From Trypanosoma brucei (Eukaryota), in contig CH464491.1 of NCBI GenBank assembly GCA_000002445.1, forward strand, positions 2,976,001 through 3,040,000: DNA of 64,000 bases, in the 5' to 3' direction. The notes below the pieces were generated by a model. It was not told the DNA's origin, made no database searches, and worked only from the letters and a program-made list of their open reading frames with translations. A program made the translations under genes and the position numbers. This document shows positions 8,880-20,607 of this stretch, piece after piece (positions within the stretch are counted from its first letter, which is position 1; each line of letters opens with the position of its first letter).

Positions 8880-11760
8880 CTTTTTTTGGGGGGGAGCTTG
8901 CGAAAGGAATGGTCGATCTTTTCATATTTTTTATCGTATCAATGTTATTTTTTATCATTCTTCGTCTAGTCCTACTTCTCATGTGGTTAGACAAGTTATC
9001 GTTAGTAATTTGTTGGAAAAGGTGTAAGGTTTTTAAGTGTTATGACAGAATATGAGGAGAAAGAGCGGAAAACTAGTCTAGCAGCGCTTAGGAGGTTTGT
9101 GAAACATTGTGGTCCCACGCGATTTACATTCATTACCCGCATACCGTTGAGTAGAAATACAAATCAGGTAAACGGAACTTTACTACTGGAAAATGGAGAT
9201 CTGACTGTATGCGCTCAAGATATGAAAGCAAATATCGCGGATATAAGAGAGGATATAGCGTCTTTTAGTGTCCCTCAGCATCAAGATTTTATAAGAGCTT
9301 TTGAAGAAGCAAAAAATATGCTCAAAAATGAATTGGCAGCATTACAAGAACATAAATCAATATTAATGGTGCAATACGAAATGGCTCGTCCATAGTTGGA
9401 AGACGAACATTTAAGGATTTAACAAGCGGCAGTGAACCACTCAGCAGAAATGCAAGATGTTATACAAAATATGAAAAATCAAATGAACCGGATGCAGGTT
9501 GAAAACAATCAAATACTCAACTAATACGGTATGTTGCAAGGGATGTTAAACCAAAAGGAAACTGAAATACAGTATTGGAAATCTATGGTAAACTCACACG
9601 GGTCAACGAACAAAAAGGAGGAAGTGGACAGCTCATCTATGAAAAAGAAAGTCTATGATTGGAAAAGAGAAGAAAATGAAAAAAAAAAATTGTCACCATG
9701 TAATTCCTTGGATGATATTTTACGAAAGAACAGATGAATACACAACTCCAGGATAGGTTGGGTATTTTTCGGCAGTGCCGACGAAGAGTTGCAGGCGGAG
9801 AGGATAAAAACGAGGAGAGAAAATACACCTTCGAAGGATTCGTGGATTACGTGATGGAGACGTCTCCAGTACACATGTCGGCAGCATTTGAGGAAGTGTG
9901 CCCAATGAAAGTAAGACATGAAAGTTACTACTATAAGACTTGGAATATGTTCGTCAAACGGGTTCATACCATACCAGACGTGGGCCTTGCGGAGGCTTTA
10001 TTCCAACTGAGAAAAAAAAAAAATATATATATATATATACGGAACTGCGTATCCTACAAACGGCATCGATGTTTCCTCGAGTCAAAATCCAAGATATTCG
10101 TAACGGCCCAGAGTCATCACAAAATTCAAAAGACCAATTCTGGCAACTGGGGGAGAAACTAAATAAGGTAAGAGCTCCTTCCCCGGAAAAAGCCAAATGC
10201 TATGTGGCCGCATTGGACATTACAGTACGACATGTTATGTGAAGGAAACAGCGGTATGTAAATCAAAAAACGGGGTTCAACCCTCAGAGCAATAAATTGA
10301 GGGATCGTTAATGCCTTGGGGTCCAACCACATAAGAAAAAATTGAGTGGAAACATACCAAGAGAGAAGAAAGGAAAGAACACAAACACGCTTTACATCAA
10401 GGCGAAGAAATAAGGGCAGAAAGTTTGAAAAGGGTGAAAATAAAAGGATACTGGCTCAGATGGTCCGATCTCATCAGAAAAGAACTTCCTCCGTTAAAAA
10501 CCTCGGTAAACGGGGTAACGGTGATCCCGGCACCATCTCACGATCCGATCGTGGTGGCATTGGAAACAGAGGCCAACAGGATCGCCTTAAGTGCATGGAC
10601 AAAAACAACATGGGAGCAAAGGGTGTCCATACTACGGAGACTTTGCGAGTTTGCGGAAAAGAACAACATAGATTCGAGAAGGGAACGTCCCTTTATTCGT
10701 CCTAAGTTTACAATTGGCAAAAAGCAGCGCCGTCCAGTATAAAAGGACGTTATTAAGTTTATTGGCCGCTGTAAGAACACCGGCGCAGATGTTTCTGGCA
10801 TGCCTACAAAAATCAGCGACCAAGGTGCTGATAAAGCAGGCTAGCCCCATGGAGAGATGGGAACTCGACTAGATAAGCGATATGATGACTACGAATCGGG
10901 ATCGAGTGGCGTTGCGCCTGGCGCGGATTACGGCAAGTTGATGGGTAGAAATTGCCCTCCATCAAAAAGAAAATTTTATACCGCGTCCCACCGACAGAGA
11001 GGCTTCTCATACTAGATTGGGGAGCCCTTCCGAAAACGTTCAAGATCAACCTAAACATGGCGGCACGATACGTAGTAATAGGAGGAACAGACGCAAAAAT
11101 GGTTCGGGAACTAACGACAACATTGGAGGAAAACGAAAAAATTACCAACCTGTCCACAAAAGATTTGGAAAAAATACTCCGTCCCTATGGAATGACAGCA
11201 CACTCCATAAAAAGAGGGGCACTAGCCCATGCACCGACAGTGGTCTTCGAGCACGACCTCGACCCGCGTTTTTTAACCCAACTGGGAAAAACAGCGGATC
11301 CTTTGGAATTTCCACGCAGCACGGCAAGATATCTCGGGCATTGTGTAGCACTAATAAACAAATCAGAGCAATTGACTCAGCACGTGCAGAGGAGTTATAG
11401 AGATGGACTTCGGCCCGATGGGCGCTACCAACTGCATGTGGAGAAAGAGATCAAACGCTATTTCAGGGACATAGCATTCTGAGACGCACCCATCACACGA
11501 GGGTGGCTACGGTGGAAGAAAACAAAATACCACTACGAAAAATATGCGTCAACACATTATCCTTGCACCGAATCAAAAACCGAATGAATAGCAAGGCGAA
11601 ACATCGTTTCGAGGAGGCGCGGGAGATCATGAGACAACCCACAAACCTGCAGGAAAGTGAAAGAGGATCTCAGCTAACAGTTTCTACCAAGGATGCCAGA
11701 ATCATGAAGAACGCAGGCATCGTACAAACGGTATCGGCAGCAACCCCCTTGGTTTGAGGT
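8880..11760 (+). mobile_element. Degenerate, 3'-truncated DIRS/VIPER-like tyrosine-recombinase retroelement remnant (AT-rich island)
   Basis: Sharp shift to A-rich composition. ORFs in order: a charged coiled-coil gag-like ORF (9042-9395 and neighbours), a basic ORF (10346-10705), then a tyrosine-recombinase-like ORF split over two frames (10425-10742 and 10952-11482). No RT/RNaseH follows. Boundaries are approximate. Confidence 0.45.
10425..11482 (+). pseudogene. Tyrosine recombinase (phage-integrase superfamily) ORF, frameshifted
   Basis: C-terminal ORF has HSIKRGALAHA (box II H-x-x-R/K-R-G-A), then ARYLGH and downstream Tyr candidates (..QRSYRDG). The N-terminal part sits in a different frame (10425-10742), so at least one frameshift is present. 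Confidence 0.4.
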
Positions 11761-14658
11761 CTGGGAAGAGCTGTCCTCTACAAAGTGCCTTTCCACCTCG
11801 TTTACTTCCCCAACTTTTGCGACATCGGGAATTTAAACAGCCAACTGCGACCCCCGATATTCCGATTTCGACCGAATGCGGGTATCCTTTGATTCCTAAA
11901 CCCTGTAGCTGGCGAGGCCAACCTCCTTGACGTAGTGCTTGGGTTATGACGAATGGTTGCTGCACTCCTTTGTCACGTTCAACTTCTCCGACTCTCCACA
12001 TGGAAACTTTCTAACAACCCCGCCACTGACAGGATGATTCCGCCTGCCGCATCCGTGTCAGCCGCTTCGCCCTATAGGGTTAACCTTGTCCACTGCGCTT
12101 TGCGGGGCTTGCTGGGAGGGTGTCTGGGAGTGTCATCGCTGACTCTCCATTTTGTAACCACTTCGGTTGTTTTTTTCCCCTCTCCTTGTATCCGCACTTG
12201 CTGCGCGGATGGTCAGCCACACGTTTGTTCACGCTGTGTGGCACAGGGACCGCGCCTCTCATTAGATGCTCCTCGAAGTTTCCAGTTGGCAAGCGTCCCG
12301 CAACAAGTCCCCTCCCGCGTGTCAGATTCGCCATCCTTGCAACGGCAATACTTCCTATCTGACAGACTTTTCTCGCGTCTGCCTGTTTTGTGTCTTCCTA
12401 TTCCTCCACGGGCTCCCTCCTTAACTTTCTTCGCCAGTTTTCAACCCTATTCCCCCTTTTCAAATGGGCACGGGGTAAGTCCTCTCTCGAAAATGCGCGG
12501 TTGCAAGCAAAGCGCCTTCGAGCCTCACCACCACAGGTTATGGGTTCGCTTTGCCCTCTCCTTTTCTCTGTCTAGGAGTTTGTGGCCTTCGATCCCACCC
12601 ATTGCCTCGAGGCGATGCGAGTAACTATTTTTCATATCCTCATCACCATCTGGGGTCCCGAACAGGGTAATTGAATATTGCCGCAGGGTGCTGACTTCCC
12701 ACTTTTAGCCAAATGCACACCCCCATTTCGCAATGTTCGCGCGGCGAACCTACAAAATTTTCCCTTTCTCTTAGTCGCGATCTACGCTTTAGCGCCGTTG
12801 TCAACCCCCCTTCCCCGAAGAAACCGTGGGCTCAGGTATGCACACGCTAAGATTGTTGTCTTTTGTCCTGTTTTCCATTCCCCGCAGCAAGGAGTTCACG
12901 TTTTCCAGCGTTTCGTCCGCCACTGCCCCAGGGGAAGATGCGGTTGGGCACCGTACAAACCACCAGATTGCAGTGTCCTAGCCCCAGTTTCAGTAAGTGG
13001 AAACGGTGTGCCTAATCCGCTGGTTGGCGCCACTAAGCTTTGCTTTTGCCGTTTCTGCCTTCGAAAGCACTCCTATTTACACTCATTCCCGCATTTGTTT
13101 GTTTGGGGGGGGGGGAGGGAAGGGAAGTGCCACGCAGTGTCACCAAGAGTTTTTCAAGGTTTTGGCATAGACATGAACAAAGATGGCATCCCTCACCCGT
13201 GGTGGGCGGTTCTTCTTTGCAACGAACCGAATACCGACGGGAAGGTCACTCGTGCGTGTATCTGCCTAGCCTTGAGCAAACCCCCATACACAGCACATTC
13301 CTCGTCACACCCCCGCTCAGTGGGACCGGCGCGCTAGCAGCGTCAGTCTCTTACGTGCTGCGCTGTCGAATTCTAACTCCCCCGCCCGCCTCCACACGAG
13401 TGTATCAGCCTGCAATGCGATATGCGTTGCCGCTGGCTTCGTACACGGTGAAAATAACTTCTCTGTGTGGGCATACGCGGCTTTCCCTATGAGCCGCCGA
13501 TGCAATTCAGCGGTGATGATGTGTGGGCGGCACGGTCTGCGCATGCTCATTTTCGTTGGAAAACACAGTCGCACGCCACGTGCTTCGTTTGGCGTCACTT
13601 ATTGGACGTGCCCGCCCAGCCACCGTCACTCTAAACTGCCCACAAACGGCGAAGATGTATTAGGTTGCCACGATTGCCGCTGCTTTCGCATCGTTTGAGA
13701 AAACGAACGCGCGTCCTGCGTCGCCGTCGAGGAACCAACCCCATCCTTTCCACCTACCGGCAAAAAGAGGCACGCCAGTAAAACGGAAAATGAGATGCCA
13801 AATTACAGAGGTGCGCTGCCTGGCGCGACGGAGTCGCTGGCATCAGTGCATGATAATCGTTTCTGACCGGCACGTGGGGTGCTTAGTAGACCCGCTCCGT
13901 CACTGCGGAAGCACCTCGAGAAAGATTTTGTAGCCACCTGGGGCTGCAAGTCCCCGTACTGACACACGTGAACAAAATCAGAGACCGCGGTTTGGCATCG
14001 CCGTGGCAAATCACGTTGTGCACATAGCATGACCTGTTACCTACGCCTCCATAGCGCTCGGGCCTGGCACCTTGGCTCGCGGAACTGCGACAAGCCCGGT
14101 CCCTCTGGAATCAAATTTCATTCAAGGATGACACCGCCGCTGGAGTGTGTGTAGAAACAAGCGTCCACATGCGGCCCGCGTGCACCCAACTTTACCCTCG
14201 ACACCTAGGAGATCGGAAACGCCAACGAGAACTAAATTAACGTTATTGGGGGAAAAAAAAACACAACCGATGTCGCGTCCTACGGTCCTGATGTGGGGAA
14301 GGAAAAGGGTGACCCCCTGACCGCGGAAAAAATCGTTGGTGAGTGTGCGGTGCATACTTAGGCGTAGCGTATCCCGTACACCTGCGGATGTTTCTCCATC
14401 ACTCGACGTTTGACGCGTTAAAAGTAAAGACAAAACAGTCATACCTTTGGGACGAAAGTTAGGTGCGCTTAAGAAAAAAAAGGGGGGAGGGGCGACCGTG
14501 AACCCTTATCGTTGAAAGAACGAAAGACGCATGAATCGGCTGGGCAAAGATTTGTAGGAGTGTGCCACTGTTATCAATGCCCCTCAGGGGTTCGAGCATC
14601 ACTTGTCAAATCGGTCTGAACAGCGCGAGGCCGGCAAAATTTTGGTTGCCGCCACGCG

Positions 14659-15016
14659 TCGGAGAGGGGTGGGGAGTATGTGGCGCTAGTACCCGCCGTC
14701 AGCATCGCGTGGGCTTATTTTCTTCTGGGTCTTCTTCTGAGCACTTACCCTGTATGAAAGGCTGGAGTGGCAGAAAAGACGTGTCCTTGATTTATGCGTA
14801 CCACACCTGCCTCTTACATTTTCTGTTGTTGCATACGTGTGTGCGGGAAGACGTGGTGACTACTCCGGTCTTCTCGCCGAGCACCTCATGTGCCTTGCTC
14901 GAGTGCTGAGTCTACGCGGCGCGACGGGTGGGCAGTAGGGGGGGGGGCTTGTACATAGAAAAAAAAAACTAGAGCCACCGGATGCTCTTTGTGCGACCCT
15001 GGTGAAAGTGAGAAAG
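14659..15016. repeat. 358-bp direct repeat copy A, in the 3' flank of the sialidase gene
   Basis: Identical by eye to 20249-20607, from cggagaggggtggggagtatgtggcgctag through ggtgaaagtgagaaag. Contains G10 and A10 homopolymers. Confidence 0.9.
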
Positions 15017-15165
15017 AGATAAAGTAAAACCAGTAACCGGAATTATCCGGTGAAGCAGTCGGCCGTGTGTCACCGTCATTCCTAACATGTGACCCCTTAG
15101 AGAGACTGACTCGAGAACCAGAGCGATTTCTATTTGCATTCTGAGTCCGTACTGTCCTGCAGTTT

Positions 15166-17211
15166 TCAAAAAGTGACAACAAAGATCATAGCAGCAAGCG
15201 CCACATATACGTGCGTTGCGTTATCAATTTGCCCGTTGCTGTGACCCTCCTGTGGTTCATCAACAGCAACTAGAGGTGCCTTTGACGGGCATCTAGGCCA
15301 GTACGTTCGCATGAACATCACTTGGACTTCGGCAAGGGTCAACTCCCTTTTGAAAAGAACAGCACTCTTCACCAGTAGTTTTCCATTGGGAGTAGCTTTC
15401 TTCTCTCCATATCCTCCAATATAGAAATGCATAACATCTCGCACTCGCCTAACAGTCTTGATACCGCTTCCCGTCCTCGAGAAGGCGGCACCATCGATAT
15501 TAACAGTGAACAAACCATTGTACATGGTTATCGTAACTTGGTGAGTCTCGTTGTGGATGGAGGATCCAAATGTAGGCACATGCCGGCCCCCAAACGTTAC
15601 GTACCATTTGTCATCCGATGTGTACGACACTTCAAGACACTCGTCGACACTTCCCTCGCTGATGACAACGCCCACAACCGGGATTTTTTCACTCACTCGG
15701 TCAGGCACCTCCACAGTCACCCCAAGTGTAAATTCATAATTTGCAAAGTTGTAAAGCTGAGCCCCCGTGTGGTTGCTCACAGTCCATGTGGCACCCCGAT
15801 TAGGGCCACTAAATAATATACCATTCAATGTTTTCTTAGCCCCAACAGCTTTGATGCTCACGCTGTTATATGTGTCCTTCCACTGATCACCATCTAAATC
15901 ATTCAAAAAAAGCCCAGCGGGTGCATCATCAACACAGTTTACGCGGTCGGTGGCTCCTCTGGTTCCGGAACGGAGCACACTCTCGGTCCTCCATTTTTCC
16001 ACAACCGCTTTTATCTTTTCGAGTTCATGATCTAAATGCGCAACCTTGCCTATGTCATAGGGTACCGCGTTGCTTACCTCATCATGAAAGGTGCCAGTTT
16101 TTTTGTAGAAGTAAAGCAGTTTGCCGTTGCTGTACAGCAGTGTCCCTTCACCATCTATTCCACCTTCAAGAGTGACGTGACCAATATCAAAAAAATGTTC
16201 GCCATCAGATAGCCAAATATTGAGCCCATCCCCATATGAGTCAGTCGACGGTGCGCGCCGGGTGAAAATCAACAACCTTTTCCCTTCAATTGTGACAACA
16301 AGCAAGTTGTGTGATCCACCTTCGGCTGCACCACTGGCCCACACACGCGAGAACGTCCTCTTGGCTTCCGTCCATTCCCTTCCCATATTGATGGATTCAT
16401 AAACAGCCAAGTGACCGGTATACGAGCCGTTGCTCAACATAAGCCTCCCTCCCCATTCAAAGATGTTGCAATTCTCCTTGCATACATGAGCTTCTAGGGG
16501 TGTCGACTTCCAGTGGATACCGTCGTCCACGGAATAAATTATTGTGGGTACGTCTTCGCTATTCTCGTTCTTTAAACAAACGAGAAATACAAGTAAACCC
16601 CCTTCAGTGACGATTGCATCCCTTCTTCCTCGGAAAAACTTGTTCACTGGCCCCGCTTGAAGTCCAGTGGGGAAGACCCCCTTCAACGGCACCTGTTTGT
16701 TCCACTCTACACCAGCTGATTGCGAAAAAAAACCTCTCGACCTTACAACTTTCCCAGAAATTAGAAGGAGACTATCTTTGCACTCACTTATCGTTACCTT
16801 GCCTAAGCCATCGCCTTGCACATCATACCCGCTTGCAAGCACATACACATTGCTCCCTTTGGCAACTACTTCAAGTGGTATTGGATAGGAAGAATACTCC
16901 ATCTCCTTTCTTCCTTCAATTATGTTGTCCTTTTTCCATGTCCTCCCCCCATCTATGCTCGAAAGTGAAAACGTTCTTAGCCTTACTTCACCAGCCAGGT
17001 GATATCTGAATTCTCCGATTGCAACCAACACACCTTCAGCCTCGACGACGGAATGAATATGTACGGCATCAACGACGGAGAGCAAGAAACTGCCCTTTTC
17101 TTCCCCGTCGAAAAGATCAAATTCATAAACATCCGGTGTCTTAGCAATACTACGTGTCCAGCCGATGTTGCACAGGACAAGTAACAGTAAAATGAGTATT
17201 TGCATTCTCAT
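15166..17211 (-). CDS. Trans-sialidase / sialidase-family surface glycoprotein
   Basis: 681-aa ORF, the only convincing minus-strand gene. N-terminal signal peptide MRMQILILLLLVLC. Three Asp-box motifs S-x-D-x-G-x-T/E-W (SIDGGRTW, SVDDGIHW, SINMGREW). C-terminal lectin-like region and hydrophobic GPI-anchor-type tail (VALAAMIFVVTF). The FRIP-like motif is altered to FRYH. Confidence 0.85.
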   Translation of the reverse strand: MRMQILILLLLVLCNIGWTRSIAKTPDVYEFDLFDGEEKGSFLLSVVDAVHIHSVVEAEGVLVAIGEFRYHLAGEVRLRTFSLSSIDGGRTWKKDNIIEGRKEMEYSSYPIPLEVVAKGSNVYVLASGYDVQGDGLGKVTISECKDSLLLISGKVVRSRGFFSQSAGVEWNKQVPLKGVFPTGLQAGPVNKFFRGRRDAIVTEGGLLVFLVCLKNENSEDVPTIIYSVDDGIHWKSTPLEAHVCKENCNIFEWGGRLMLSNGSYTGHLAVYESINMGREWTEAKRTFSRVWASGAAEGGSHNLLVVTIEGKRLLIFTRRAPSTDSYGDGLNIWLSDGEHFFDIGHVTLEGGIDGEGTLLYSNGKLLYFYKKTGTFHDEVSNAVPYDIGKVAHLDHELEKIKAVVEKWRTESVLRSGTRGATDRVNCVDDAPAGLFLNDLDGDQWKDTYNSVSIKAVGAKKTLNGILFSGPNRGATWTVSNHTGAQLYNFANYEFTLGVTVEVPDRVSEKIPVVGVVISEGSVDECLEVSYTSDDKWYVTFGGRHVPTFGSSIHNETHQVTITMYNGLFTVNIDGAAFSRTGSGIKTVRRVRDVMHFYIGGYGEKKATPNGKLLVKSAVLFKRELTLAEVQVMFMRTYWPRCPSKAPLVAVDEPQEGHSNGQIDNATHVYVALAAMIFVVTF

Positions 17212-20200
17212 TGCGAAAAACTCTTAGGGTACGGAAATAGTCTCCCTGCAGATGTGCGCGGTGTGTGCTTGATCGTTGTGAGGGCACCCTGAGTACTTTG
17301 GCGGTGGTACTCTTCAACTGGCTGCGTGCGGGTAGTGTTTTACAGAAAGGGGACAAATTACCTAACTTATGTATATAGCCGAAAAAAAGGGGTGACAACA
17401 CAGCACTTACAAACGGTGACATCATAAATATTAGGTACGAATGCTTATGTAATATGTAGCGGTGCCCTCAAATACTGAAGCGATCAAGGAACCAAAGTTG
17501 GTTTTGCACCACATCGGTGAGAGGTCCCCGATACGTCATGCGAGCCCCTAGAAGACTGCATTAACAGTGACAGGTCAATGCACTAAGATATCCTGAATCA
17601 CCGGCGGTGTATAGCTTGGCAAAAACTTCTCGCTTCCACTATTAGTTGCTGCAAAATTTTGCACGGCACTTGAAAAATATGTGGTATAAAAGCAAAGAAA
17701 AAGTGTTCGAGCCAAAACGCATTGCACCGAAACACTGTCTTCTCCCTCACCCCAACCCTGCTACGTTAACAGGTCACCAAAGTTCGTCACCGAACAAGGA
17801 CAAGATGTTCATTATTAGGAAGCAACTAATCCTTATGCACCTCGAGTTGCAGAAACTATTTCTTTTTTTGGCACCCGAATAACCCAGTGTATTACAACTC
17901 TTTTTTTTAAAAAAATGAAGTAGTAATAGCCTTTTCTCCATTAGTTTTATTCGTCCATATGGCGAAATTGAACCTGTCACTTGCATATAGCCAATCTTTC
18001 TTCACCCATCGTCGGCGTGCGTTTTCACATTTACTGCCCACTTGTGTGTAAAGACGGACGCACGAAACAATGGTTTGCAGGACAACGAGGGAAATCAAGC
18101 CATACCATAGCCGCCTACTTTCTAAACCATCTCGTATCTGTTTGCACATTCAAGGGGAATGGTTATTTCCCACTGGCTGCTACAGTCAGTGAATCGTAAT
18201 AAAGACGCTACACGGGTATTGAAAGCACAGGCGAAAATACGTAGGACAACATCTAATCGACACAATCTTCGCGGCAATTATAGTCTTTTCCCTACAATGG
18301 GAAACGCACTCCGCATGGTGACCCGCGTACAAACGCATGGATCTGCGTTTGTGCATGTTTGTTAAAAAAAAAACAACAAACAAACTATGTTAGCCCATCA
18401 TTTCAAAGCATCCATTTGCCGTAAGAAAGGTAAGCCCAGACCGCGGTTTCCCCACAACTTACCGCCAACACGAAGCAGCCGCTCGCAGCCGCGCCCCAAC
18501 GCAAACGCATGGGACCTCTCGCCCGTTGGGGCGTGAGAGGTCCCCGTGAGTTTCGGTGGGCAGGCGGGGGTAACAACGTGAAAGCTCCCTCCGCCCATTT
18601 CTGGGCTATGATGAAATATTAGCTCCGCCACCCCTCCTGAAGCTTCCCTTCCGCATACCGGGCGTCGCTTGCTGCCACCGCGAGGAAATACGAATCACCG
18701 ACGACATATCGGCGGGTGTGGTGGGGGAAGCCAGGGGGTGGACAACTAAACAGAGTGGTATCCCAACAAAGCGCAGCTGGCCCCCCGCCGTCCGACGCCG
18801 TAGCTTGCGAGCAAGGGGGGACCGTTACGGAGATGAGGAATGCTGGTGGTTCTTTAGTTATCCCATACATACGGGACAGCGGGCCCAGCGTCATGAAAAC
18901 CCCTTTAAAACGCCTAAAGGGACGGAAGCAGCGACTGTTGGCCCCGAAGCACGCCCACAAGAGCATGGAGGTGCCTTGGAGGGCGCTCCGCAGACTGGCA
19001 TGCAATTTCTTTGTCCTTTTAGTCGTGTTAACCCCTCACCTTTTCCTGTGGAAGGCGTGTCGGCTGCTGATCTGAACGAAGCGGTGAATGACCACTGCCA
19101 CTCCCGGCGCTTGGACGAGCGGCCAATTAAGGGCATGACCTTCGCAAAGAAAGTTGGAGGGCCGGGGCGCTATATGGGAAAACCCCCCTCGACGACGTGA
19201 GGAAGCTGTCGCACACGATTGAATCTAGTTCCGTGAGTTTCCCATGAAGGTCCTTAATATGTTTTGATTTCGCTCCAGAAGCTTACTTCGCAACCTTTGA
19301 GTGATTGATGCGCTTTCGCAAAGATTGCTCCACTTTCACCTGTTAACATCCTCGCTCTTTGAATTTCAAGGGTCACAATCATTAGGTTTCGAGGAATCAC
19401 TCAAAAAAACCTCTACCAAGCCCGGAAAATTCCCCTTCCAGGTGCTGTCAGAGGAAGTGCTGCTTCCGAGATGCGTGGTCCTTTGTTCGACCCCCTCCCG
19501 TCCCTCGAGAGGGTGTCGTCCACTCCATCTTTGGAGGAATCGGATAACGGCGCCCCCGTCCTTTACAGCGGAAGAGTTCCTCCTCCCAACGAAAGTTCTG
19601 CCCTAGCACCCAATTTACTGGCTAACGACTGGGAATTTGCCGTTCCGTGTTGGTATTGAGTACTCCCTCCACTTTAACCCTTCTTGATCGCCATGGCTGT
19701 GCGTCAGCTTTGTTTCGACCGCTTTGCAAAAAAAGAAAAAAAAATGCCATCCCCTCCCGAGCCGTCCTCCGTGCTCCTTCGCCGAGGAAAAGCGTATTTT
19801 ATCTGCCGGGGCCGGGAGCGCCTCTAGGGGAAGGAAAATAGCGTAAACCCCCTCGCCAGCGCGGTGGTAGTTGGTGGTGGCACTAGCTCAAACAGGTGCG
19901 GAGCTCGCACAAAACTTGTTGTAGGTTTTTTTTTCGCGAGGATGGGCATCGTCTGGCAAAACCGAGAGGTGGCGAGCGCCGTTGCTATTGCCCCCAAAAC
20001 TGGGAGACTTCAGTCAGCGGTGTAGCGATTAAGGATGCGACGCGTACGGTTGTCGCCGCCGCTCCTCCGGTTCCCAGGTTCCCTCTTTCCGAAAAAAAAT
20101 TTGTTCAGTAAGGCAATCCCACTGGCAATTCAGACCTGCCGTCTCTTTGTTTCCTACAGTGAACCTTCGTTATTATTATTATTATTATCACAATAGTTGT

Positions 20201-20248
20201 ATGTGTGAGGTTATCCGGAGTGCGCGTGACTCAGCCGAGCGTATGGGC

Positions 20249-20607
20249 TTCGGAGAGGGGTGGGGAGTATGTGGCGCTAGTACCCGCCGTCAGCATCGCG
20301 TGGGCTTATTTTCTTCTGGGTCTTCTTCTGAGCACTTACCCTGTATGAAAGGCTGGAGTGGCAGAAAAGACGTGTCCTTGATTTATGCGTACCACACCTG
20401 CCTCTTACATTTTCTGTTGTTGCATACGTGTGTGCGGGAAGACGTGGTGACTACTCCGGTCTTCTCGCCGAGCACCTCATGTGCCTTGCTCGAGTGCTGA
20501 GTCTACGCGGCGCGACGGGTGGGCAGTAGGGGGGGGGGCTTGTACATAGAAAAAAAAAACTAGAGCCACCGGATGCTCTTTGTGCGACCCTGGTGAAAGT
20601 GAGAAAG
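20249..20607. repeat. 358-bp direct repeat copy B, about 3 kb upstream of the sialidase gene
   Basis: Identical to 14659-15016. The flanks diverge immediately outside the repeat. Confidence 0.9.

Noticed and set aside
11953-14442. Cluster of overlapping 150-220-aa ORFs in the GC/CT-rich block
   Set aside because: They overlap one another in different frames, are P/S/R-rich with no motifs, and fit random open frames in GC-rich non-coding DNA, possibly a convergent strand-switch or long UTR region. No feature called.
18619-19200. ORFs of 128 aa (-) and 160 aa (+) upstream of the sialidase gene
   Set aside because: They are mutually overlapping on opposite strands with no recognisable domains. 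They were retained only as part of the non-coding interval discussion.
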